From: an uncultured cyanobacterium
GTDB lineage: Bacteria > Cyanobacteriota > Cyanobacteriia > Cyanobacteriales > Cyanobacteriaceae
NCBI GenBank assembly: GCA_963710605.1
Contig: CAVQBA010000005.1
Location: forward strand, 1 to 64,000
Direction of reading: 5' to 3'
DNA: 64,000 nucleotides
Shown in pieces: positions 1 to 10,449 of the stretch. The position numbers and the translations under genes are program-made. Position 1 is the stretch's first letter. Every line of letters starts with the position of its first letter. Below the pieces are notes generated by a model. The model ran no database searches and was not told the DNA's origin. It saw nothing but the letters and a program-made list of their open reading frames with translations.

Positions 1-2218
1 ATTCTCTTGAGCCTGTAAAAGCGATTAAATGAATATCAGGATGTTTGACTAAATAATCTCCCACTACCGAGCCTTTACCAGGAATATATTGAAAAACACC
101 TGCGGGGATACCTGCCTCTACCAATATTTCCGCTATTTTCGCCCCGATGACGGTACTAGTCGCCGCTGGTTTGAGTAAGGCACAATTACCTGCCACAAGG
201 GCGGCTACGGTCATTCCTGTAGCGATGGCAAAAGGAAAATTCCAAGGGGAAATAATGAAAGAAATTCCACGAGGTTGATAGAAATAACGATCGTTTTCTC
301 CTGCTACATCATAATTATAACCTTGGTCTAATCTTTCCATTTCCGAGGCATAATAAAGACAAAAATCGATCGCTTCGGATATTTCTGGATCGCCTTCTTT
401 GAGGATTTTACCAACTTCCAAACACATCCACGCATTCAACTCGTGTCTTCTTTGTTGCATAATTTCAGCGGCTTTACGTAAAACACCAGCCCTTACTCTA
501 ACCGGAGTTTTGCTCCAAGTTTTGAATGCTTGTTTGGCTGATTCCATAACCTCGTCTGCTTGAGCGATCGAAATTAAACCAATTTTACCTACCACTTGAC
601 TAGGGTTAGAAGGATTGACTGAATCAATATAATTATCTGTCTGGACATACTCACCGTTAATTAATGGTAAATATGTTTTACCCACTTGATTATTTACTTT
701 AGTTAGGGCTTGTTGTGCTGACAGTAATTCTTCTTCTTGAGCATAATCAGTATCAGCTACGCCAACAAATTTTGACGTTTCTAAGCCCCCCTTCCGAAGG
801 GGGGTTGGGGGGATATCTTCCTCTTGCGAAGTAGAGCTAGAAGGGATCTGTGTTTGAGGAGATGCGACTAATTCAACGATCGGTTTTTCTTCCATATTTT
901 GTCTTAAAAAGGAGCTATTCGCTGTATTTTCAAGTAAACGACGAATAAGATAAGCCATACCCGGTAATAGTCTGCCATAAGGTGCATATACTCTGACTCT
1001 GTATCCTTTTTTAACGATCGCTTTAGCTAAAGTTTCACCCATCCCATAGAGAATTTGACATTCAAAACGACGACGAGGAATTTGTAACTCTTCCACGATA
1101 GCTAGTGCATGGGCTTGGGTACGGACATTATGAGAAGCGATCGCCCCATATAAATACTCGTGATTTTCTAACAACATACGAGTTAATTGCTCGTAATTAA
1201 CATCGGTTTCGGGTTTGTCGTTAAATACTGGTTGTTGCCAGTGATTTTGCATCGCTTTGATTGTTTCTTGATCCCAATATGCACCTTTAACTAATCTAAC
1301 GGTGATCGGATTACCTCTTTTTTTCGCCCAATTAATCCAACTTTGTAAATCTGATTGCGAATCTCTTAAATAACCTTGAATGGTAACACCAATATCGGTA
1401 CGATTAACAAATTCTTCCTCCATTAACAATTCTTGCAAAATAGTAATGGTAATATTTTTGTAATCATATTGTTCCATATCAAAATGGACTGCCGCATCTT
1501 TTTCTTGAGCGTGTCTGAGTAAAGTACGGATACGATCGCATACTTGAATTTTACTTCCTTGAGGGTCGATCGGATCAAACTGAGAATAAAAAGCAGTTAG
1601 TTTAACCGATACTTGTACTTTAGGTAACTCCTCACCATCGGCGATATCAATCTCAGGTATCGTTGACCATTTTTGGGCTTGTTGAGATAGTTGAGTAATT
1701 AATTCGAGATAGCTTTGTAAATATGATTCGGCTTCTATTTCGGTGATAACTGCTTCTCCTAATAAATCGATCGTAAAGCCCATTTTTTCTTTACGCATTC
1801 TTTCGACTGCTTTAATTACCTCTTTAATAGTTTCACCAGAAATATATTTATAAGCAAGGGTTTCGACTGCTTTAGTAATTGTGGCTGAAGCGATTTGTGC
1901 AGGAGGGGTATTTGGTTGAGTAAAATTAAGAAGTCCTTTAAGGGCATCGGGTAATTCTACTTCCTCAGTGGTCAGATATTGTTGTAGATGACGGGCTATT
2001 TCAGGTTTACTTTGAAGGGCGGGTAAAGCATCAATGAAGCGAAATAGTTGCACTCTCAAACCGGGGTTAGCCATTGCCCAGTCCATTAGTTTATCATCGA
2101 ACTGCATTTGTTCTTTGAGTTTACTGAAGATATTGCCTTTTTTTCTGGTGGCTTTAATTAACTCTTCTGCTATTACTTGAGTTTTGGTTTCATAATTGTT
2201 AGTGGTAGAAACAACCAT
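1..2218 (-). CDS. putA: Bifunctional proline dehydrogenase / P5C dehydrogenase (3' end runs off the window)
   Basis: Not in the ORF track. ATG at 2218 with AGAGGA upstream; hand translation gives LRVQLFRFIDA, VRLVKGAYWD, YLIRRLLENTANSSF and ISPWNFPFAI (PRODH followed by ALDH). Confidence 0.93.
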   Translation of the reverse strand, partial: MVVSTTNNYETKTQVIAEELIKATRKKGNIFSKLKEQMQFDDKLMDWAMANPGLRVQLFRFIDALPALQSKPEIARHLQQYLTTEEVELPDALKGLLNFTQPNTPPAQIASATITKAVETLAYKYISGETIKEVIKAVERMRKEKMGFTIDLLGEAVITEIEAESYLQSYLELITQLSQQAQKWSTIPEIDIADGEELPKVQVSVKLTAFYSQFDPIDPQGSKIQVCDRIRTLLRHAQEKDAAVHFDMEQYDYKNITITILQELLMEEEFVNRTDIGVTIQGYLRDSQSDLQSWINWAKKRGNPITVRLVKGAYWDQETIKAMQNHWQQPVFNDKPETDVNYEQLTRMLLENHEYLYGAIASHNVRTQAHALAIVEELQIPRRRFECQILYGMGETLAKAIVKKGYRVRVYAPYGRLLPGMAYLIRRLLENTANSSFLRQNMEEKPIVELVASPQTQIPSSSTSQEEDIPPTPLRKGGLETSKFVGVADTDYAQEEELLSAQQALTKVNNQVGKTYLPLINGEYVQTDNYIDSVNPSNPSQVVGKIGLISIAQADEVMESAKQAFKTWSKTPVRVRAGVLRKAAEIMQQRRHELNAWMCLEVGKILKEGDPEISEAIDFCLYYASEMERLDQGYNYDVAGENDRYFYQPRGISFIISPWNFPFAIATGMTVAALVAGNCALLKPAATSTVIGAKIAEILVEAGIPAGVFQYIPGKGSVVGDYLVKHPDIHLIAFTGSRE
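783..814. repeat. Short dispersed CCCCCTT-n-AAGGGGG hairpin repeat, in frame inside putA
   Basis: AAGCCCCCCTTCCGAAGGGGGGTTGGGGGGAT; near-identical intergenic copies at 51216-51247 (reverse), 55210-55241 and 53766-53796. Confidence 0.85.
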
Positions 2219-2646
2219 CTTTATTTTCCTCTAATTTTATTTATATTTGTATTTATAGCGATCGAAATATACGATCGTAATCAAACTTAAGTTAGATCGT
2301 CAAAACAATTGACAAACCTATTATCAAAAAATATTTTCTTTTTTCTCGAATGTTAATTTTTAAAGATATAACTTGACAAATAGGGTTGAATAATATTCAA
2401 CCCCTACCAATATCGATCACGATCGTTAATTAATAATTGTCGGTATTTACTTTCAAACCAAATTTTTCTCTTTGAAAAGTATCAAATTGTGAATATAAGA
2501 ACAAACAAAGGAAAATATACAGAGGTAATAACCACTCATTAGCTTTAACTATTATTAAAATCCAAAACGCTTTAAAAGATGAGACGTAATACCCTTTATT
2601 TCTTGATAATTCTCTATTCTCCATTCTCAATTCTCCATTAATTTAC

Positions 2647-3234
2647 CTACCATGCAAGGTAAGGTAATTTTTCGCTTGTAGCTTGAATCTCGGCATTATT
2701 TTTGGTGAGTAAACTACAAGTATCCCACTTTCCAGAAACTAGCATATTTCTCGCTCCAGAATCGATTTTAACCGCACTACTATAACGTCCACATCTGACT
2801 TTTAAATCTTCTAAATCCAATATCATTGCAATTTGTGGATTTTCTTGAATCAAATTTTGAATACTTTTGATATTACTAGAAGAGGTAGTAACACAGGGAA
2901 TACCCATTGCTAAACAATTACCAAAAAAGATTTCAGCAAAACTTTCGCCGATGATAGCATCAATACCCCAACGGGCGATCGCTTGTGGTGCATGCTCTCT
3001 ACTCGAACCACAACCAAAATTATCATTAACAACTAAAATATTGGCGTTTTGATATTTTGGTAAATCAAAAGGATGTTTTCCTTCTAATCCTTTTCGATCG
3101 TCAGCGAACACTTGTTCTCCTAAACCGTCAAAAGTAACGCAACGTAAAAAACGAGCAGGAATAACTCGATCGGTGTCTATATCATTACCAACTAGAGGGA
3201 TGCCAGTTCCCTTGATAACCTTTCTTTCACTCAT
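2647..3234 (-). CDS. leuD: 3-isopropylmalate dehydratase small subunit
   Basis: DIDTDRVIPARFL and NFGCGSSREHA motifs. Confidence 0.96.
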   Translation of the reverse strand: MSERKVIKGTGIPLVGNDIDTDRVIPARFLRCVTFDGLGEQVFADDRKGLEGKHPFDLPKYQNANILVVNDNFGCGSSREHAPQAIARWGIDAIIGESFAEIFFGNCLAMGIPCVTTSSSNIKSIQNLIQENPQIAMILDLEDLKVRCGRYSSAVKIDSGARNMLVSGKWDTCSLLTKNNAEIQATSEKLPYLAW

Positions 3235-3471
3235 ATATAATCAACAAATTTTTTACCGACTAATCTTGTAATTATAGAGCATTTTTTACCAAATAATTAT
3301 AGATAACAAATAACAGTGCCAAGAGTGCCAAGAGTGAACAATTACTAATGACGATTGGTTGATTGACGATCGTGATCAGGGAAAAAATCTTGAAAATGTA
3401 TTAAATGTAAGTAAAACAAAACAAAAGCCTCAGCTATACTAAAAAAGACGCTATATATAAAAATAATATTT

Positions 3472-5046
3472 ATGAAAACACAGCTAATAGAAAGACAAAA
3501 ACAAATCTTGAATTTAAAACAAGAAGAATTTGACTGTCTCATAATTGGCGGTGGTGCGACAGGTAGTGGTTCGGCCCTAGAAGCCACTCGAAGAGGTTTA
3601 AAAACAGCTTTAGTAGAACGTTTTGATTTTGCTCAAGGAACTAGTAGTCGTAGTACCAAATTACTTCATGGTGGAGTACGCTATCTTGAATTGGCTTTTA
3701 AACAATTAGATTTAGGTCAATTAAATTTAGTTAAGGATGCTTTATCAGAAAGAAAAAATGTCATTGAAATGGCACCTCATCTAGCTAAACCGATGCCGTT
3801 GATTATTCCTTTATATCAATTTTGGCAAATGCCATATTACTTTGCCGGTTTATTTCTTTACGATTTACTTTCGGGTAAACAAAGTTTAGGTAAAAGCAAA
3901 GTATTAAGTCTTAAAAAAACTCTTGAGTTATTTCCTTCTTTAAATACTGAAGGCATGATTGGTAGCGTCATGTATTATGATGGACAATTTGATGATGCTC
4001 GTTTGAATGTAGAAGTAGCTATGTTGGCGATCGATAATGGTGCTTCGATTGCTAATTACATTGAAGTTGTCGATATCATTAAAGAAAACGGTATTTGTCG
4101 TGGTGCTAAGGTTAAAGACGCTCTAACTAATGATGAATTTGTCATCAAAAGTAAAGTAGTGATTAATGCCACAGGACCTTATACTGATTCTATCCGTAAA
4201 ATGGACGCTCAAGAAGCTAACAAAATTCTTAAAGTAAGTTCAGGCGCACATATTGTGATTGATAAATCTTTTGCCCCTGGGGATGGAGCGTTATTAATTC
4301 CTAAAACAGAAGATGGTAGAGTTATTTTTATTGTGCCTTGGCGTGAATTTACTTTAGTTGGTACAACAGACGAAGCGGCAGAAGTTACAGATAATCCTCA
4401 AGCAACTGAAGCCGATATTGAATATTTACTGAAATATGCCAATTTATATCTTGAAGACTCAGTTACTCGTCAAGATGTGTTATCGGCATGGAGTGGCTTA
4501 CGCCCGTTAGTTTCTCCTGCTCATGCTGATTCGACTGCTAAATTGTCTCGTGATCATACGATTATCACCTCAGCATCCAAATTAATTACCATCACAGGGG
4601 GTAAATGGACTACTTTCCGTAAAATGGCGAAAGATGCTGTTAATGAGGTGATGAAACAATTGTCTAAACCTACTTCTCCTGCTTTACCTGTAACACCTGT
4701 AGCTGGAGGGCAAGACTATAATCTAGAAAAATTAAATTCTTCATTATCAGAAACGATCGAAGCTGAAGATATTAAAAAGCATTTAATTGATTATTATGGC
4801 TCTCGTAGTTTGGTAATTCAAGAAATAATGAAAGACAAAGGTATTGAGCGTTTAGACTCTAAATATCCTTTCACCACCGCCGAGGTAATTTATACTTGTC
4901 GGTACGAAATGGTAATCAATGCTGATGATGTTTTGTCTCGCCGTTTTAGATTGAGCTTTATTGATGCTAATACTAGTCAGAAAGTCAAAGCAAAAGTTTT
5001 ACAATTAGTAACCGAAGAACGAAAAAGCTTCGATTTAGTTAGTTAA
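3472..5046 (+). CDS. glpD: FAD-dependent glycerol-3-phosphate dehydrogenase
   Basis: IIGGGATG, GTSSRSTKLLHGGVRYL, YYDGQFDDARL, GGKWTTFRKMA. Confidence 0.93.
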   Translation: MKTQLIERQKQILNLKQEEFDCLIIGGGATGSGSALEATRRGLKTALVERFDFAQGTSSRSTKLLHGGVRYLELAFKQLDLGQLNLVKDALSERKNVIEMAPHLAKPMPLIIPLYQFWQMPYYFAGLFLYDLLSGKQSLGKSKVLSLKKTLELFPSLNTEGMIGSVMYYDGQFDDARLNVEVAMLAIDNGASIANYIEVVDIIKENGICRGAKVKDALTNDEFVIKSKVVINATGPYTDSIRKMDAQEANKILKVSSGAHIVIDKSFAPGDGALLIPKTEDGRVIFIVPWREFTLVGTTDEAAEVTDNPQATEADIEYLLKYANLYLEDSVTRQDVLSAWSGLRPLVSPAHADSTAKLSRDHTIITSASKLITITGGKWTTFRKMAKDAVNEVMKQLSKPTSPALPVTPVAGGQDYNLEKLNSSLSETIEAEDIKKHLIDYYGSRSLVIQEIMKDKGIERLDSKYPFTTAEVIYTCRYEMVINADDVLSRRFRLSFIDANTSQKVKAKVLQLVTEERKSFDLVS

Positions 5047-5138
5047 GTATTTGTGCAAAGTGATTTATGTAGTAGGTTGAGAAAAATTTTCTTTCCCTAC
5101 TATTAAGTATCTAAAACTATTTAACAAATTGTTTTGTT

Positions 5139-6131
5139 TTAATCTCGAACTACCAAAACTAAATCTTCTATATCTATGTAATACTGACCTGCGGGAACTT
5201 TATCATTAGGTATAGCACACATTAAAGTATCAGATGGGCCATAGACAAAGACTAAATCTTGATTTACATCGCAACGTACTTGAGTTAGTTGATAATTTTT
5301 AAATAGCTCATCTCCCGGAGCATTTTGTTCAATCTCTTGGTAGTTAGTAAACTTACTATAAGAATCATAAGTATTAGTTTGCTGACGAATAACTCTAATT
5401 GTCGGATTAATAATAAAACTACCCCAAAAACCGCCGCCCCAATATTTCTGGTTAGGAGACCAACGACGACCGCCATACCATCTCCAATTGCGTCTTTGAC
5501 TTATGTAAGGATAGTTAATTCGTCGATAAGCACTACGGCGATTAATTTTTTTTCTGGTATAGTTTGAATTAGGGTTTGTGTGTCGTTTGTATTGATTACC
5601 ACGACGGATAATTGTGGGATTTATTGATCTTCTTCTACCTCCACTTCTATGTAAAACAGGTCGATTACGGTTGTTTGTTTTTTGCTCGATCGTTAAATTA
5701 TTTTGTTCAAGATGTTGTTGTCTATTAATATGCGATCGTCTAAGATTATTTTGTTCAAGATGCTGTTGTCTATTAATATGCGATCGTCTAAGGTTATTAT
5801 TATTAGGTGAAGTAACTCTTTTTCGATTACGAATACTGCGATTATTAGTCGGTATAATAGCTCTTGATGGATTATGATCTCTGTCTTGCAGAAGTTGTCT
5901 TTGTCTTTGTCTTTGTTGTTGTTGATGAATAGGAGTCAATTGACCAGAACGCCTTCCACGATAGATCCATGTATCATTAGAATTAGGACTATTTGTTCTC
6001 AAACTGCCTTTTCTTCTTTGAGCTATCAAATTGTTAGAAGAAGATTCAGTCAAAACTTCAGAAGCTTTCATTGCAGAAGCGAAAGGAAATAGAAAATAAA
6101 GAATAATACTCAGAGAAATAAATTTTCTCAT
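5139..6131 (-). CDS. Putative secreted Arg/Asn/Gln-rich hypothetical protein
   Basis: 330-aa ORF with a signal-peptide-like N-terminus, basic low-complexity middle and Cys-containing C-terminal region; GGAGG upstream. Confidence 0.75.
   Translation of the reverse strand: MRKFISLSIILYFLFPFASAMKASEVLTESSSNNLIAQRRKGSLRTNSPNSNDTWIYRGRRSGQLTPIHQQQQRQRQRQLLQDRDHNPSRAIIPTNNRSIRNRKRVTSPNNNNLRRSHINRQQHLEQNNLRRSHINRQQHLEQNNLTIEQKTNNRNRPVLHRSGGRRRSINPTIIRRGNQYKRHTNPNSNYTRKKINRRSAYRRINYPYISQRRNWRWYGGRRWSPNQKYWGGGFWGSFIINPTIRVIRQQTNTYDSYSKFTNYQEIEQNAPGDELFKNYQLTQVRCDVNQDLVFVYGPSDTLMCAIPNDKVPAGQYYIDIEDLVLVVRD
5697..5792. repeat. 48-bp tandem duplication (2 copies, 1 mismatch) inside the ORF
   Basis: ATTATTTTGTTCAAGATG(T/C)TGTTGTCTATTAATATGCGATCGTCTAAG twice; encodes LRRSHINRQQHLEQNN twice. 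Confidence 0.95.
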
Positions 6132-6420
6132 TTTAAAACAGCCTCCGAACAGTTAAAGTTATCAGTGAATGATGTCAATTGATCAATGAATATAAGATCT
6201 AATTAGTGAAAATACACGACATCAAGGTGAGAATATATTAGATGATACGCCATGGATAAATTACGAATTAACAGCATCCAGAAATTATTTAGCCAACGCA
6301 ATCCATTTTTTACTATCATATCATTTTCAATTAAAGCGATCGTTCACCAATAGAGAATTTGATTTTTCCGTTATCCATCAACCATTTTGTACTTTTTAAT
6401 ACAATTTGCTTTAAGATTAG

Positions 6421-6448
6421 TGCAAAAGATTATCAATAGTGTTACAAT
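6421..6448 (+). promoter_or_regulatory. Candidate Fur box and extended -10 upstream of the iron-binding protein gene
   Basis: TGCAAAAGATTATCA resembles TGATAATnATTATCA; followed by TGTTACAAT; the downstream gene is a Fe3+ binding protein. Confidence 0.45.
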
Positions 6449-6488
6449 ACTTTCTCAGTAATCAAATATTTTAGGAGCGAAATTGATC

Positions 6489-7586
6489 ATGAGAAAAATT
6501 AACAGAAGAATATTTTTTGGATTGAGTGTAGGTGCAGTAGCATTCGGAGTAATAGCTTGTGATCAACAAACAGCAACACAAAATACTTCTAATCAAACCG
6601 AAATTGAAACCGAAAATAATGATACTCAAATTGGTGGTGAAATAAATCTATATTCTTCTCGTCACTACAACACAGATAATCGACTTTATGAAGATTTTGA
6701 AAAACAAACAGGAGTTAAAGTCAATTTAGTTGAAGGTAAAGGAGAGCAATTATTAGAAAGAATTATTAGTGAAGGAGAAAATTCACAAGCGGACATATTT
6801 TTAACTGCTGATGCTGGTAATTTATGGAAGGCACAACAAGCAGGTGTTTTTATGCCCGTTAACTCACAAGTTTTAACTAAACAAATACCTGACTATTTTA
6901 GAGATCCTAACAATGAATGGTTTGGTTTTAGTAAACGTTTACGGGTAATTATGTATAACAAGGATAAAGTTGATCCTAGTCAATTATCTACTTATGAAGA
7001 TTTAGCCTCACCTAAATGGCAAGATAAAATTGCAATTCGATCTTCAAGTAATATTTATAATCAATCATTAGCTTCATGGCTTATTAATAAAGATGGGCAA
7101 CAAGCAACAGAAGAATGGGCTAAAGGTATCGTTAATAACATGGCACGTGAGCCTCAAGGAGGCGATCGAGATCAAATAAAAGCTGTTGCCTCAGGTGTTG
7201 CTGATATAGCTGTAGCAAACACATATTATTTAGCGGGATATGCAGATTCAGATAACCCAGAAGAAAAAGCGATTTTTGAAAAAATAGGTGTCTTCTTCCC
7301 GAATCAAGATGGTGATGGCGCACACGTTAATATTAGTGGTGGTGGTGTACTTAAAAACGCTCCTAACACAGAAGCCGCCATCAAATTTTTAGAATATCTA
7401 GTTAGCCCTAGCGCTCAAGAGTTTTTTGCTAACGGTAATAATGAATATCCTGTAGTTGAAGGAATAGAAATTTCTCCTACTTTACAAAGTTTTGGTGAGT
7501 ACAAAGAAGATGCTGATGGAGTAGCAAATTATGGTGCTAATTTAGCTGAAGCGGTACAAGTAATGGATAGAGCGGGTTGGAAATAA
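6489..7586 (+). CDS. futA: Fe(III) ABC transporter substrate-binding lipoprotein (FutA/IdiA family)
   Basis: Twin-Arg NRRIFF, lipobox VIAC, NLYSSRHY, VANTYYL, HVNISGGG, NNEYP. Confidence 0.9.
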   Translation: MRKINRRIFFGLSVGAVAFGVIACDQQTATQNTSNQTEIETENNDTQIGGEINLYSSRHYNTDNRLYEDFEKQTGVKVNLVEGKGEQLLERIISEGENSQADIFLTADAGNLWKAQQAGVFMPVNSQVLTKQIPDYFRDPNNEWFGFSKRLRVIMYNKDKVDPSQLSTYEDLASPKWQDKIAIRSSSNIYNQSLASWLINKDGQQATEEWAKGIVNNMAREPQGGDRDQIKAVASGVADIAVANTYYLAGYADSDNPEEKAIFEKIGVFFPNQDGDGAHVNISGGGVLKNAPNTEAAIKFLEYLVSPSAQEFFANGNNEYPVVEGIEISPTLQSFGEYKEDADGVANYGANLAEAVQVMDRAGWK

Positions 7587-7669
7587 TTAATAATTAATAA
7601 CAGAGTGTTTTTTCTGTAGGGGTGTAAGGCTTACACCCTAATGTATTTGTTATTGTTATATCTTCTAAC

Positions 7670-9187
7670 TTAAGAATGTCTTAGAAATAATTTATAAGCA
7701 TGATTATCACTTTCATCCCAATATAGATAACCAAGGCTATCTAAAAAAGTTTGCCATTGTTCCATTTCGTCAGGTGGTACTTGAATTCCGACAACAATAC
7801 GTCCATAATCTGAACCATTATTACGATAATGAAAAACGCTAATATTCCAATCTGGACTCATAGAATTAACAAATTTCATTAAAGCACCAGGGCGTTCGGG
7901 AAATTCAAAACGATAAAATAATTCATGGTTGGCTAAATGCGATCGACCTCCCACCATATGACGTAGATGTACTTTAGTTAATTCATCATCTGTTAAATCA
8001 ATAGTTTTGAAACCACAGTTTTCCCACTGTTGTGCTATTTTAATCGCATCACCTCGATCGCTAATTTGTACCCCAATAAAAATATGAGCTTGAGAGTCAT
8101 CAGCAATACGATAACTAAATTAGGTGAGATTACGTTTACCCAAACATTCACAAAAACGTCTTAAACTCCCTGCTTCTTCAGGAATTGTTACCGCAAAAAT
8201 TGCTTCTCTACCTTCTCCTAATTCTGCTCTTTCAGCCACAAAACGCAAACGATCGAAATTCATATTCGCACCACAAGCCACCGCTACTAAAGTTTCATCT
8301 TTTATTTGCTCCCTTTTTATATAAGCCTTCGCACCAGCGATCGCTAAAGCCCCAGCAGGTTCTAAAATCGATCGTGTATCCTCAAACACATCCTTAATTG
8401 CCGCACAAGTATCATCGGTACTAACTAAAATAATCTCATCAACATATTCTTGGCACAAACGAAAAGTTTCTTCTCCTACTTGTTTAACCGCTACACCATC
8501 AGCAAATAAACCCACTTGCGATAAAGTAACTCTATGCCCTGCCTGAAGAGACTGAGACATCGCATCCGAATCTACAGGCTCAACCCCAATAATCTTAATT
8601 TCTGGTCTTAATCTCTTGATATAAGCTGAGATACCAGCAATTAAACCACCACCACCAATAGCGACAAAAATAGCATGAATCGGTTGTTGATATTGACGCA
8701 TAATCTCCATACCGATCGTACCTTGCCCTGCGATAACATAAGGGTCGTCAAAAGGATGAATAAATGTCAAGCCTTTTTCCTTTTCTAGTTGACGGGCATA
8801 AATACAAGCATCATCATAACTATCACCGTACAAAACAACTTGACCACCTCTAGCTATTACCGCATCAATTTTTACTTGTGGCGTGGTGACGGGCATAACG
8901 ATAATCGCTTGAGTACCCAACATTTTAGCACCAAGAGCAACTCCTTGGGCATGATTACCCGCTGAGGCGGCTATGACTCCTTTTTTTAACAAATCAGGAG
9001 AAAGTTGAGCCATTTTGTTGTACGCTCCTCTCAATTTAAAAGAGAATACAGATTGCATATCTTCTCTTTTTAAAAGTAATTTATTATTTAGTCTGGCAGA
9101 TAAGTTAGGAGCGACTTCTAATGGTGTTTCTTGAGCTACATCGTAAACACGGGCGGTAAGAATTTGTACTAAGTAGTCGCAAAGCAT
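7670..9187 (-). pseudogene. ilvA: Biosynthetic threonine dehydratase with an in-frame stop at 8120-8122
   Basis: KREDMQSVFSFKLRGA, SAGNHAQG; reads GKRNLT-TAA-FSYRIADDSQAHIF and continues in frame into ORF 7670-7957 (FPERPGAL, FHYRN). Confidence 0.88.
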
Positions 9188-9488
9188 TAAGTTTAGAGAT
9201 TTTTTGTTGAGGGTTTTACCTTTTATAAAAATACCAAGAAATCACCCCTATTTTTTAACTTCGTGATCGAAATAGTGGATTCGTAGTGAATATTTGCAGA
9301 TCGATCGTTATCAATGTTGTTTAAGTCGATATAGCGTTCCTTATCTTTGTAAGGTACAGTTTAGATTTACAAGTCCCCTAGAAACAAAAGCGAAGCATCC
9401 TTAAATTTCCCCCTTACGAAGGGGGCAAGGGGGATGGGGATTTAGGGGGATTGAGAATGTACGTCATAATACTAATATAATTAACTAA

Positions 9489-10097
9489 TTAACAATTATC
9501 GTTTCTGATGCTTCCATCGGGCATAATAGTATTACAAAAAATAAGGTCTATCATTCCGACTCCAGAATAGTCGTCGATCTTAGCTCCTCTGAGGCAACAA
9601 TTGGTCAAATTAGCTTTAGAAAAAATAGTAGCACTACTACTAAGACGAGTCAGGTTAGCTCCAGTCAGATTAACTTGAAACATAGAGGCACTATTGATAC
9701 CAACCCTAGACAAATCAGCACCGCTAAAATCAGTACCATCAAAAGCTCCAGCACACATTTTAGCTCTTTTAAAATTAGCCCTTCGAAAAATAGCATTGGT
9801 CATACAAGCATAATCCAAAGTAGTATTCCTAAAATCCGCATCAGTTCCAATAACATTGTCCATTTTGGCTTTCAGCATAAAAGCAAACCGCAAATTTCCA
9901 TTGGTAAAATTAGTACCCCGCAAATTAGCACACATCAAACGGGCTTTGGACAAGTCAGCTCCAGTGAGGTTACTACCACTCAAATTGATCCGTTTCAAGT
10001 CAGCTTCCCGCAAATCAATTCCACTCAAATCCAGTCCCGAAAAGTCTCTTTCCCCAGTATTGTATCTTCTGAGTAATTCTTCAGCAGTCATGTCCAT
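9489..10097 (-). CDS. Pentapeptide repeat protein
   Basis: Repeated A(D/N)LXX units; N-terminal ELLRRYNTGERDF and C-terminal NTIMPDG. Confidence 0.9.
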   Translation of the reverse strand: MDMTAEELLRRYNTGERDFSGLDLSGIDLREADLKRINLSGSNLTGADLSKARLMCANLRGTNFTNGNLRFAFMLKAKMDNVIGTDADFRNTTLDYACMTNAIFRRANFKRAKMCAGAFDGTDFSGADLSRVGINSASMFQVNLTGANLTRLSSSATIFSKANLTNCCLRGAKIDDYSGVGMIDLIFCNTIMPDGSIRNDNC

Positions 10098-10157
10098 GAT
10101 ACAAACTCCAAATTATTATTAATTAACTAAATAATAGAGTATAGTCGTTCAAGTTAA

Positions 10158-10414
10158 GTAGGAGTGTAATGTTGTTGCCACTGGTGTCAACTTAAGCTTA
10201 AGCCCCACCCTGAATTAGCATTCAGGGCTAATATGTAGTCCGTTTAATAAATTAAACTCAAGATTTTTTACCCAATTTACTCAACCTTGAGTTCATGAAT
10301 AATGAACAAATTTTATTAGCCTTGCACGACAGTTCAAGGCAGGGCTTAAACTATCGTCAGACCGATAATAATTGTGTCTTCATTTGACACGAGTGAAATG
10401 TGCTACGCCCCTAC
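10158..10414. mobile_element. Nested small repeats: GTAG-type REP-like palindrome split by a MITE-like element (10179-10395)
   Basis: Inverted ends CACTGGTGTCAA / TTGACACGAGTG; outer halves GTAGGAGTGTA and TGCTACGCCCCTAC match the intact palindrome at 52086-52114. Confidence 0.65.
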
Positions 10415-10449
10415 AAGGGTATAATGACAATAAAAATTAGTTATCTTAT

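Noticed and set aside
9675-10122. Plus-strand ORFs opposite the pentapeptide gene, and other short antisense or overlapping ORFs in the track
   Set aside because: Shadow frames of well-supported genes or intron RNA, with no recognisable motifs.
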